IMG/VR virus record: IMGVR_UViG_3300028837_001734
Location: 1 to 64,000 of that record
Length of the DNA stretch: 64,000 nt
Reading direction: 5' to 3' (one strand)
DNA from: a virus
Part shown: piece by piece, positions 41,260-50,042 of the stretch
Numbering within the stretch: position 1 is the first letter of the stretch
Layout: each line of letters starts with the position of its first letter
The notes under the pieces: model-generated
The model's database searches: none
What the model saw: the letters and a program-made list of their open reading frames with translations, nothing else
What the model was told of the DNA's origin: nothing
Translations under genes and position numbers: made by a program

Positions 41260-41410
41260 AACGCCGCTGAGTTGACAACGACGTCGTTGCTTTTTCCACA
41301 CATGGTGAATAAGCTCAATCCCGATGCGTCCAACGGGAACCCTGTCAGGTAGGGCCACCCCCTGTCGTACCCATTTATAATGACTGGTCCAGATAGGGTA
41401 AAGCGTCGGT
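41260..41410 (-). ncRNA. Candidate multi-hairpin ncRNA upstream of tRNA-CAT
   Basis: GC-rich intergenic stretch with five consecutive hairpins closed by CGCT/AGCG. Confidence 0.45.
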
Positions 41411-41422
41411 CATTCCGTAAAG

Positions 41423-41713
41423 TCAAACTTCTACATCTCCAGATATTTGACATTTCTTGTCCTCATATTCTGCCATGACTCTTCTTCTAAATTCTGCTTG
41501 TGCTTCTGCCAAAGCAGAGGAAACAACTGCCATTCTAGCATATGATCTAACACCACCAGCTTCTTGTGTTGTTAGAATAATCGCCAGACGAAAAAGCACA
41601 TAGTTTAATTCTCCAGACAACTCGTCATTATCTCTTCTAGTATTCAATATATGACCCAAGTTGTCAACTAAATTATCGTACTTTTCTCGTTCCTTTTTTG
41701 GTATATACGGCAT
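41423..41713 (-). CDS. Conserved-looking small phage protein (MPYI...GELNY...EF.RR...YED.K...GDV)
   Basis: Motif pattern recognised; function unknown. Confidence 0.6.
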   Translation of the reverse strand: MPYIPKKEREKYDNLVDNLGHILNTRRDNDELSGELNYVLFRLAIILTTQEAGGVRSYARMAVVSSALAEAQAEFRRRVMAEYEDKKCQISGDVEV

Positions 41714-41730
41714 TTCGCATCAAATCCAAT

Positions 41731-43785
41731 CTAGCTTTTAGACAGATAACGATTCCCTACAACTTTTAATTGAACACGCCCAAGTCGACGTTCGGTACGT
41801 TCATGTATTGGCTTGATAACTACCCCTTCTCGATAATGCTCTGCAGAAGATATGGAGCTATCCCCATCTGCGAACTCAATAATCTTGTCTTTGTCAAAAG
41901 GTCCACGATAAACAAGTGGAACCCACGGGATACCTGCCGCCAATTTGCGGGCTTCGTCGTGATCAAGCCATCTGTTTCCTTCTAAGATATCAAAAGCAGC
42001 AAACCAAACAACGCCATTTGGTGCTCCATATTTAAGATTCTGGACCTGCCCATAAACTTCACCATAAACGACAAGATCCTGATTATGTCTGCACCAACTT
42101 TCTAGTGCTGTATTATTCGCAAGAGCTTTCCACCATAAATTCTGTGGATCCTGTTTTTTCCAATGCTTACGAGATCCAGCAAACATCTTATCATTTATAC
42201 ACATAAATCTTGAGTTACAATTATGTATTAATACACCATTAGCAAAATAATTATGCGTACCAGTTTCTAAATCGTATCTTTGTCTATTTTCTGATATACG
42301 ATCAATAGAAGTGATGGTTTGATCGACATATACAGATTTATATGAATTGTCTTTTGAGGGCATCCATCCGTCATGACCACGATAACGTTCTGGAAGTTTA
42401 TATTGCATAACCTGTGGAATATACGGTGCGATTATCAGAAACAACTTTTCAGCATCATTGGAATTAAGCCTCAGTCTCCAGCCTGACGAATTGTATTTGA
42501 TGGCATGTATATCGAATTTGACCAAAGCCAATACTAGATTATCCACACTAAATTCAGAAAATCCATTCGTCGCAAATACAACCCTGTCTTCTTGGTCCTC
42601 GTGATGACACAAACTACCATCATCCATATACCAAAATGCTAAAGCTATTGGAGTCAATTTTGGCACAATCGATGTCGGAACCTCCTTGTGCCCGTCTACA
42701 AACCAATCGTTGAAAAGATCTTTGATAAATGCGCTAGAAACAGTTCTACTTCTGGTCATCAGTGTTCCATATCCACTTATATGGTCTGTCTGTCTGTTAC
42801 CGCACATTGTTCCTAGCGCTTGTTCCGTATATAGTAGATATTCTTCGTGATCTTTTTTATGACTGAATTTAATGAAACCAGAAGAATCATTGCAGTCATA
42901 ACTACCATCACCAAGCATCTTACCAATTAAGACCTGTTCCTGTATTGGTGTTAGTTCTAACTCTGATCTTACCAGCCTAATAGTATCACCAACTGCCAGA
43001 TGTTTAGCTTCAAGAAAACCGTTGTCAGAGTCTCCAAAATCAGTTTGTGTGACCACAAAAACTTTATGATTAGGAGTACATTTTAACGAGCCAAAATAAC
43101 TGCCTCGTCCAGCTCTGTGTCTATCAAACGTAATTTTCAACCATTCGTTACCTAAACCATTTTTATAAACACGTTTTACACTGGTAGATACAATACTGTT
43201 AGAAGTAAAATCATATCCTAAAACTTCTCCATCATAATCTGAATCAACCAATTCTTGTATTCGTTGTCTCTGACCGTTCGGCAACGAAATTCGTGCCTGA
43301 GATTGTACACATCCATGAATTTTTTCAGTAACAATTACTTCTTCGCCGTCTTTGAACAAACGAGCATATTTTCTGAAATTCAGAACATCATATGTTGGAA
43401 AGAATCCCTTTGGGGCAACAACATTATCGCCACCAGTGCTAAAATGTCCGTGTACTTGTGGTTCGTAATGAGTCACACCAAGTGCTTCCATACAGTCATC
43501 ACCGATCTTGGCTCCACCCGGTGCTGGCACCAATAGCCCCATGGACCATTCTCCCCTGAGTTTCTTTACTTTAATTCTGTAATGTCCTTTTAGAAAAGCA
43601 AATGTCTTTGTTTCCGGGACAACACTGTCTGGTGGGATGTAAACGGCAAGATCTCCATCTCGCCAATCTGCTGTACGGACAGCACACTGAAAATCACCAA
43701 CATCAACAAGACTAAGTGAATTAGCATTTGGATGAGATCTTAACTTGATCGCTACTACATCGCAAGTGTGTTCTGCTACTTTCAT
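41731..43785 (-). CDS. ATP-dependent RNA ligase (Rnl2/DRB0094 family) containing an intein
   Basis: HPNAN.L, VYIPPDS, TEKIHG|intein|CNSR, YGEVYG, AFDI, REGVVIKP, QLKVV. Confidence 0.88.
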   Translation of the reverse strand: MKVAEHTCDVVAIKLRSHPNANSLSLVDVGDFQCAVRTADWRDGDLAVYIPPDSVVPETKTFAFLKGHYRIKVKKLRGEWSMGLLVPAPGGAKIGDDCMEALGVTHYEPQVHGHFSTGGDNVVAPKGFFPTYDVLNFRKYARLFKDGEEVIVTEKIHGCVQSQARISLPNGQRQRIQELVDSDYDGEVLGYDFTSNSIVSTSVKRVYKNGLGNEWLKITFDRHRAGRGSYFGSLKCTPNHKVFVVTQTDFGDSDNGFLEAKHLAVGDTIRLVRSELELTPIQEQVLIGKMLGDGSYDCNDSSGFIKFSHKKDHEEYLLYTEQALGTMCGNRQTDHISGYGTLMTRSRTVSSAFIKDLFNDWFVDGHKEVPTSIVPKLTPIALAFWYMDDGSLCHHEDQEDRVVFATNGFSEFSVDNLVLALVKFDIHAIKYNSSGWRLRLNSNDAEKLFLIIAPYIPQVMQYKLPERYRGHDGWMPSKDNSYKSVYVDQTITSIDRISENRQRYDLETGTHNYFANGVLIHNCNSRFMCINDKMFAGSRKHWKKQDPQNLWWKALANNTALESWCRHNQDLVVYGEVYGQVQNLKYGAPNGVVWFAAFDILEGNRWLDHDEARKLAAGIPWVPLVYRGPFDKDKIIEFADGDSSISSAEHYREGVVIKPIHERTERRLGRVQLKVVGNRYLSKS
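42220..43311 (-). mobile_element. Intein with a LAGLIDADG endonuclease
   Basis: CVQSQARI...CTPNH...GKMLGDG...FWYMDDG...YDLETGTHNYFANGVLIHN, +1 Cys; inserted right after the catalytic KIHG motif. Confidence 0.92.
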
Positions 43786-44084
43786 TATTCTTGATCTCCA
43801 TTATTACATTTAAGATCACCGGCATCACCTTTTTTCTTCCTTTTAATAATATCATCAATTTCCTTACTTATACTATGAGGAGATTCAGGAATGATATTTG
43901 GTGAAGATAATTGTTGGGATAATATAGTAACCGGAGGATGTTGTATCTCCTCGATAACAACAATCAATCCGTGTATAAGATCACACAATGCAGCACAAGT
44001 AACTTTATGATGTTTCGTACCAATGTTTTGTTTAATAGATGTTAATTTATTTCTAAGTATACCTGTATCCATTATTGACTCCAA
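43785..44084 (-). CDS. Hypothetical protein
   Basis: ORF abutting the ligase start. Confidence 0.45.
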   Translation of the reverse strand: MESIMDTGILRNKLTSIKQNIGTKHHKVTCAALCDLIHGLIVVIEEIQHPPVTILSQQLSSPNIIPESPHSISKEIDDIIKRKKKGDAGDLKCNNGDQE

Positions 44085-44467
44085 TCATAGTCTTTGTTGG
44101 TCTCAGTAAAGCTTTCTATTAACGTAGTCCCATCCTGATATTTAGTAAAGACACACAAACCTTTTGTATAGCCCAAAAAAAGATCTATTATTTCTTCGGA
44201 CATGAAGGGTATATTTAACAATTTACATGCGCAATTAACCAAAATTATATCAGCAGGTATTATCGCACCAACTCTTTTTAAAGATGGAACTAATGACACA
44301 TATACTGATGATCCAAAACCAATTTCGCTGACAGATACTAATACAGCAAATAATCCTTCATCATGGATTGTTCTTCTAACAAATTTATCACATGCGAGAT
44401 CAAAACTAGGAGCGTCTATAATCTCTTTACGTGGACCTGCTTCTAAATAATACTTTGCCATCTTCAT
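44072..44467 (-). CDS. Hypothetical protein
   Basis: ORF overlapping both neighbours. Confidence 0.5.
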   Translation of the reverse strand: MKMAKYYLEAGPRKEIIDAPSFDLACDKFVRRTIHDEGLFAVLVSVSEIGFGSSVYVSLVPSLKRVGAIIPADIILVNCACKLLNIPFMSEEIIDLFLGYTKGLCVFTKYQDGTTLIESFTETNKDYDWSQ

Positions 44468-45002
44468 TCTTCGCCATAATACCTATATATGGAAAATTAC
44501 GATATAATCCATTATAGTCAAGACCATAGCCAACGACAAATTCATTTTCTATATCAAAACCAACACATTGGATACTTATGTTGTCTGGCGATTTCCCAGA
44601 TTTCCTTAGTAACACAGCAGTGGTTAAACTTTCTGGATACGACCACGAAATATATTCCTGTACAAACCTGATGGTCTGACCACTATCAAAAATATCATCG
44701 ATCAATAAAACGTGCCTATCATGAAGTTTAGTGGTGGGTGTCATTAAAAGCTTAAGATCTTGCGGTGTTACTGACTTGCCTGGATAGCTAGATACCCTAA
44801 CAAAATCCAATTCCATTCTTAGATTGAGATGACGTATCAAGTCGGCCAAAAATAATGTTGCACCAGAAAGTACCCCAATAACCACCAGTGGTTCAGTTGA
44901 ATGATGAACAGAATTAACAGTCCATTTATAACGATCCGTTAACTCAACTCCCATTTCGACAATACGATTTTGTATTTGTTTTTCTGTCAGAAGTATTCTC
45001 AT
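44427..45002 (-). CDS. hpt: Hypoxanthine phosphoribosyltransferase
   Basis: IGVLSGATLFLADL, SSY, VLLIDDIFDSGQT, FVVGYGLDY...YRN.PYI. Confidence 0.93.
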   Translation of the reverse strand: MRILLTEKQIQNRIVEMGVELTDRYKWTVNSVHHSTEPLVVIGVLSGATLFLADLIRHLNLRMELDFVRVSSYPGKSVTPQDLKLLMTPTTKLHDRHVLLIDDIFDSGQTIRFVQEYISWSYPESLTTAVLLRKSGKSPDNISIQCVGFDIENEFVVGYGLDYNGLYRNFPYIGIMAKNEDGKVLFRSRST

Positions 45003-45005
45003 AAT

Positions 45006-45209
45006 TCATATTTCGTATTGTTCGGGATACAGAAATATCCATATACCAGGTTTGGGATTTGTCCATATAACATCAAAACCATTAGGCCCGAAAAATTTTG
45101 CATGTAATGGTTTTTCTACCACTGTCTGTTGAGAGTCATAACGACTAGTTAAATAAGGATCTATTATAGTAATCTCATCGCCAGGATATGGTAAACACAA
45201 AACTATCAT
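45006..45209 (-). CDS. Hypothetical protein
   Basis: ORF with GGAG RBS. Confidence 0.4.
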   Translation of the reverse strand: MIVLCLPYPGDEITIIDPYLTSRYDSQQTVVEKPLHAKFFGPNGFDVIWTNPKPGIWIFLYPEQYEI

Positions 45210-45230
45210 ATATAATCTCCGTCAACTTGG

Positions 45231-45259
45231 AAAAATAACCGGCTTAACCCACCGGTTAT
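45231..45259 (-). terminator. Intrinsic terminator
   Basis: ATAACCGG...CCGGTTAT followed by TTTT. Confidence 0.7.
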
Positions 45260-45336
45260 GAGTGGCTCTATCACCTAAAAGAAAATGGAAAGGAGGTGAA
45301 GCGCAATGCGCGGCCACAGGGCTATGTACATTATAC

Positions 45337-45680
45337 TGGAGGTAGCGGCATCGAAGCCGCGTCCAGAAACAGCTCCCATAATATTTCTACGTGCGTAGTT
45401 GATTATTTGAATCTCGGAGCCACGAACGCAAATCAACATGCTTTCGTCTTTCCATATCTAACTGTTGTTTCGCTTCAATCTGGTTAGATAACAAATTGAA
45501 ACTAGCCTACAAATCATCGCCTAATAAAATAGTAGGCATCTTCTATTAGACGGGCTACTACGCAGCCATTGCTAACTGAACTTTGTCAGCTAAATTAAAT
45601 GCCAGTTGTTTTACGAGGCCAACTGACCACCTCGGCACGCAATACTATTTTCACTTGTCCTGTCGAAACCTTTTACCCCC
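45337..45680 (-). ncRNA. ssrA: tmRNA; tag reading frame ADKVQLAMAA* at 45590-45558
   Basis: 5' GGGGGTAAAAGGTTTCGAC, 3' GCGGCTTCGATGCCGCTACCTCCA with G3:U70; tag ends AA then TAG TAG; 344 nt. Confidence 0.93.
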
Positions 45681-45692
45681 ATAGTCAGACAA

Positions 45693-45899
45693 TCAATTAT
45701 CGGAAACCTGACTATCAATACCCGTAGCATGTCTCTCATGTGGATTATAAATGCGATCCTTCTGCACATGAACTTGACGATCACTCCGCTGGAAATACGG
45801 ACCTTGATTAGATGCACAACCACTACCAAGTACAACAACCGTGACAACAACAGCAGCACCCAGTAGCCCAATGATACCAAAACACTTCTTCAAATTCAT
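45693..45899 (-). CDS. Putative small lipoprotein
   Basis: MNLKK + hydrophobic stretch + LGSGC lipobox; GGAG RBS. Confidence 0.55.
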   Translation of the reverse strand: MNLKKCFGIIGLLGAAVVVTVVVLGSGCASNQGPYFQRSDRQVHVQKDRIYNPHERHATGIDSQVSDN

Positions 45900-45994
45900 C
45901 TCATTTTCTCCAAAACAAAACATAATAAATCAATCAACATAAATATTATACGTTGTTCATCAAACAATGGCCAAACAAAAAAACAAAATTTATT

Positions 45995-46097
45995 AAAAAA
46001 AGCAGGGACCGTTATCGGCCCCTGCGCCCTAAAGTAGCGAACGACGCGCAAGGATGGCGTAAACTGTGACACCTGCTCAAACACTATCGTTCATCTA
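45995..46097 (-). ncRNA. Candidate small hairpin RNA with its own promoter and terminator
   Basis: TGGTGTATAAT at 46099-46109; stem TGAACGAT/GTCGTTCG, inner GGTGT/ACGCC; terminator GCAGGGGCC-GATAAC-GGTCCCTGC-T7. Confidence 0.5.
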
Positions 46098-46099
46098 TA

Positions 46100-47050
46100 T
46101 TATACACCAGACGTTGCCGATAATGGAGTAGGAATTACCGAAATTGATCCGGGCCAACGCAATCCACTACAAAGAGTTATACAATCGGTACCTTCGAAGG
46201 TACAACTTTTGATTTTACCTAAAGTTACCGATTGACTATCATCAATAAAAAATAGCCTGTCCCCAATAACTTCTCCACCAAAATAAGCAAAATTTTCCAT
46301 AACATTTTCAGGTATCTCATATACTGTATCAAAAAAAGACGCAGTTATACCAAATGGATAATGTAAACCACTACTTATGATTGTCTCAACATTCGAACCA
46401 TCGAGATCTGATTTTTTAATATAATGACCTTCTAAATCAGTCCAATAAATTTGTTCATTTGTCAAAACAAAATCATATGGATGTCTTAAATCACCAGATG
46501 ATGTCCTATCACCAGATAATAATATTTCTGGACCTGAACCATCAAAATTACATCTTATCAATTCCGCATTATATTGGCCACTAACACCTCTCCCTAAAAC
46601 GTATAATTTAGACTCAGCTACATCTATATCTAATGCAACTGGTTCGTGTAAACCACTAGCAATTTTTGTAACATCTGTACGAGTGGATGGAGTCTCTCCA
46701 CTTGGAATCTCTATTCCCATTGAATAAAGATTATGTTCTTCCATGTCGGTAAAAAATACTGTACCAGATTCCGAACTAACAGCTAATCCCCATGGGTGCA
46801 TAGTACCACTACATTCATAAATCTTTTCTTTATTATCTCCATGGCGGTCTAGCCTATTGACTTCAACCGTTCCTGATGCCGTAGTACGATCATCTATCCA
46901 ATATACTAATTCACCACTTGGATCATAAGCAATAGCATGCGAACTTACTAAATCATTTTGAATTATAATGGACCCACTAGTACATAACATACCTATATGT
47001 TGTAATTCAGTATCAACTTCATTATACCATAATCTATCTATTTCTGACAT
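46100..47050 (-). CDS. YWTD (LDL-receptor class B-like) beta-propeller protein
   Basis: VYWID, VFFTD, IYWTD, DLDGSN repeats; start set at MSEIDR. Confidence 0.75.
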   Translation of the reverse strand: MSEIDRLWYNEVDTELQHIGMLCTSGSIIIQNDLVSSHAIAYDPSGELVYWIDDRTTASGTVEVNRLDRHGDNKEKIYECSGTMHPWGLAVSSESGTVFFTDMEEHNLYSMGIEIPSGETPSTRTDVTKIASGLHEPVALDIDVAESKLYVLGRGVSGQYNAELIRCNFDGSGPEILLSGDRTSSGDLRHPYDFVLTNEQIYWTDLEGHYIKKSDLDGSNVETIISSGLHYPFGITASFFDTVYEIPENVMENFAYFGGEVIGDRLFFIDDSQSVTLGKIKSCTFEGTDCITLCSGLRWPGSISVIPTPLSATSGV

Positions 47051-47063
47051 TGAATCTGCCTTT

Positions 47064-48038
47064 CTATTCAATTCCATATTCACTATCTGGTGTTCGAATA
47101 ATGATAACAGCATGCACATCATCTAATCCACTCGCTAGTATAATATTTTCACTACCATCTAAATTACAACTTCTAACCAGATCATCTCCACCATCTTGTG
47201 TAAAAATTAATCTATTACCTATTAACTCACCAGCATATCCTATAAAGACATCAGGATTCACATCCTGAACATCATCCCAACCATCAATAGTAGCTATGGC
47301 CAAACCGTACGGTGCTGAATTAGATATACTAGATAATATTTCGACATTACTACCGTCTATATCTGCTCTACCAACTTCATCTGCACCAGGAGCGGTCCAA
47401 TATATTTTGCCATCATAAATGAGCATATCACATGGATCATCAGTTACACACCATCTGTTACTAGTGACCCATTCTCTGTTGGTACCATCAAAATCACGTT
47501 TTGATACTCTAAAACCCCATTTACCTTCTTCTACACTATATTGTTGTGTCATAACATATAACTTTAATGCCCTAACACCACTTGCGACAGTCATCGCAGA
47601 ATGTATTACACCAGTAGAATTATCAATTTCTATCATATCACTCTTATGACGCTCTGCAGCGCTACTACCACTTGGGATGTCAACACCAATAGAATATATA
47701 TATCCAGGTTTATCACCATTAACAAAAAACACCAATCCTGATTCCACACTAAGAGTCATAGCTTGTGGTTTTATATTTGGCCCTTCTCCATCAAACATTT
47801 CCTCTCTAGAACTACCCAATAAATTTATTCTTTCAATTGCATATTCGTCAGGATCACTCCAATAAATCTTTTCTTTAACATCATGATATGCAAAATTATA
47901 TGGATGATCGATATTGCCAGAAGTCATTGGCGTACATCCACTATTAGTACATAACACATCTTTATAAACCATTTGGCCTGATGTACCTAATGTTTGTTTA
48001 GTACCCAACCACAATTTATCCCACAAAACAGACGGCAT
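47064..48038 (-). CDS. YWTD beta-propeller protein, paralog of the downstream gene
   Basis: IYWSD, IYWTA, DIDGSN, CNLDGS; AAGGAG RBS before MPSVL. Confidence 0.75.
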   Translation of the reverse strand: MPSVLWDKLWLGTKQTLGTSGQMVYKDVLCTNSGCTPMTSGNIDHPYNFAYHDVKEKIYWSDPDEYAIERINLLGSSREEMFDGEGPNIKPQAMTLSVESGLVFFVNGDKPGYIYSIGVDIPSGSSAAERHKSDMIEIDNSTGVIHSAMTVASGVRALKLYVMTQQYSVEEGKWGFRVSKRDFDGTNREWVTSNRWCVTDDPCDMLIYDGKIYWTAPGADEVGRADIDGSNVEILSSISNSAPYGLAIATIDGWDDVQDVNPDVFIGYAGELIGNRLIFTQDGGDDLVRSCNLDGSENIILASGLDDVHAVIIIRTPDSEYGIE

Positions 48039-48056
48039 TGCGCTCTCCTTTCGTAT

Positions 48057-48103
48057 AAAAAAAACATGAGGCAGAAGAGGAACTAAGCTCATCTACCTCA
48101 CGT
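48057..48103 (-). terminator. Intrinsic terminator after the tail tube gene
   Basis: CGTGAGGTAG...CTGCCTCATG followed by a T-run. Confidence 0.6.
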
Positions 48104-48131
48104 CTTATTGCATCATCATCCTTCATAATTG

Positions 48132-49238
48132 TTATAATCCAGCAGGATCTTGTGGATGAGTAACACTTAAACTATTAAAGTTTGAATAATTATACGAGAC
48201 AGTGACATTGCCACCACCAGCATCACCACCACCATAGGTGACAGAAGCGAGCTTATTATTCGCACCAAGATTTAATAAAGTACCTTCTTCAACCCAGACT
48301 AAGATTTTCTGATCAGTCAAGTTGGTTCCACCAACAGGATCAGCAAGAGCATCAATTAAGTCTCCCTCAGAAGCAGTACTATCAATAACACATGTAACTT
48401 CAGTTGGGAATGAAACAAATCGATGATATGGGCCACGTCTACCTAATTCAAATAACTCTTCACGACCAAGATCTGTCGAGACTGTAACGGTTTGTAGGTG
48501 GGCAAGATATGCATCCCCAGAAACAATATTCCATCCACTAGCATCAATACCGTCAATCTCTGTAGGCCACAGACTTCCACTAGTACCAGTTACAGCACCA
48601 GTATCACTCATAGAACAACCAGAACCCATTAAAATATTCTCTCGACGAGCTACACCACCAGATGCAGTAACGGATAACGGAGCATCAGATCCATCGAAAA
48701 CAGATGGCAAGAAATGATCTAACCCACTTGCTGCCCACAGTTTATCATTACCAACCAAAGTTACATCTTCAGTAGAGTTACCGTCAACATTTAATGTATA
48801 TGTTAAAGCTGAAACATACATACCAGACATACCGACAGCCTGTACCGGAGTACCAGATGCATTTTCATTAGTATCGGGATAAATATTTAATGCTGTATAA
48901 CACCTTTCGTTAGATCTACCAACTAATGTGGCAGAAGCGGCACCTGGAGTTGCAAGATGATACAGAAGAGGATAACCATCGAGAACTTTTTGTGCGGTCA
49001 ATTCAATGTCAGGAATACCCTCTATATTCTCATAAAGTTCTAATTGACCTAATTCGAATACCTGTTCTAGATTAAAAGTAGTAGTTAAACCAACACTTTG
49101 CACACCGTGTGCAGTAACAAAACCAGACGGATGTGTTCCAGAACCAACATGAACCGCACCAGAATCAAGCGGACACAAAACACCATGCTCTGCAAAGCCT
49201 AAAGCCTGAACAGCGTAGAAAATCCTGTTATTTGGCAT
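48132..49238 (-). CDS. Major tail tube protein (putative)
   Basis: GVQSVG..TTFNLEQVFELGQLE.YE and duplicated REELFELG motif; own promoter and terminator; downstream of neck genes. Confidence 0.7.
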   Translation of the reverse strand: MPNNRIFYAVQALGFAEHGVLCPLDSGAVHVGSGTHPSGFVTAHGVQSVGLTTTFNLEQVFELGQLELYENIEGIPDIELTAQKVLDGYPLLYHLATPGAASATLVGRSNERCYTALNIYPDTNENASGTPVQAVGMSGMYVSALTYTLNVDGNSTEDVTLVGNDKLWAASGLDHFLPSVFDGSDAPLSVTASGGVARRENILMGSGCSMSDTGAVTGTSGSLWPTEIDGIDASGWNIVSGDAYLAHLQTVTVSTDLGREELFELGRRGPYHRFVSFPTEVTCVIDSTASEGDLIDALADPVGGTNLTDQKILVWVEEGTLLNLGANNKLASVTYGGGDAGGGNVTVSYNYSNFNSLSVTHPQDPAGL

Positions 49239-49278
49239 AGGTCACTCCCCTTTCTCAAAAGACTATCCAACCTTATTT

Positions 49279-49288
49279 TTATACACCA
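49279..49288 (-). promoter_or_regulatory. Putative late promoter TGGTGTATAA
   Basis: Intergenic, upstream of the tail tube gene. Confidence 0.6.
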
Positions 49289-49292
49289 AAAC

Positions 49293-50006
49293 TTATTTTT
49301 TATGAGGGCAAATACCACCATTCAAATATTTCCCCATATTACAATTCCAACATAATAATTGATAAAAATTTGGAAATCCATTATTAATAATATCTTTATA
49401 AATGCTTATACCACTGCCTCTTAATTTCCTATGCCTATTTCCATCATTGTTAATATGGTCAATATTTAGTAATAGTTCATTAGATTCTCCACAACAACTA
49501 CACTTATGCCCATAATGATTAAAAACCAATAATTTAATTCGTCTATTATCTTCTTTCCTCTTATGTTTCACCTTAGTCTGATAATGTTTTCTAGATTTGT
49601 CTAAACATTGATCACAAGTACGCAATCCCTCTTTGGGAATATTTTTACCACACTGTCCGCACAATCCCATACCATGCCGCTCTTCTGATATAGAAACAAA
49701 TTTATTATTGCGTTTATATCTACAATTATCACACTCTGTGTGCTGACCATCCGTTTGATCTCCACACACAACACATAAAAAATTATTTTTCGCTTTTAAT
49801 CTTCTATCACTTTGTGTTCTCTTTGCTTGTTGGCTACATATATCACACAATAAACTAGATCTATTACTTTTGCGATGACATTTAACACATAATCCCGCTT
49901 TCTTTCTGGCATTATAAAATTGTCTATAATATTCCCTACTACACTCAAGACATTTACGATCTTTATTAACAGATTCTCTTGTCCGACATTTGATGCATAA
50001 TCCCAT
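49293..50006 (-). CDS. HNH endonuclease with tandem CxxC zinc-binding repeats
   Basis: Four GLC..C...C..C units then HYG.KC.CCGE...IDHINNDG...QLLCWNCN. Confidence 0.8.
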   Translation of the reverse strand: MGLCIKCRTRESVNKDRKCLECSREYYRQFYNARKKAGLCVKCHRKSNRSSLLCDICSQQAKRTQSDRRLKAKNNFLCVVCGDQTDGQHTECDNCRYKRNNKFVSISEERHGMGLCGQCGKNIPKEGLRTCDQCLDKSRKHYQTKVKHKRKEDNRRIKLLVFNHYGHKCSCCGESNELLLNIDHINNDGNRHRKLRGSGISIYKDIINNGFPNFYQLLCWNCNMGKYLNGGICPHKK

Positions 50007-50028
50007 AATGTTTCTCCTTCCATGGGAC

Positions 50029-50037
50029 TTATACACA
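50029..50037 (-). promoter_or_regulatory. Putative late promoter TGTGTATAA
   Basis: Intergenic, upstream of the HNH gene RBS. Confidence 0.5.
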
Positions 50038-50042
50038 AAAAT

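Noticed and set aside
41260-41410. 6S RNA or RNase P identity for the structured region
   Set aside because: It does not form a single long rod with a central bubble and lacks RNase P P4 motifs; kept only as an unknown ncRNA.
45296-45880. ORFs 45296..45487 (+) and 45611..45880 (-)
   Set aside because: They overlap tmRNA or the more credible lipoprotein ORF and have no recognisable protein features.
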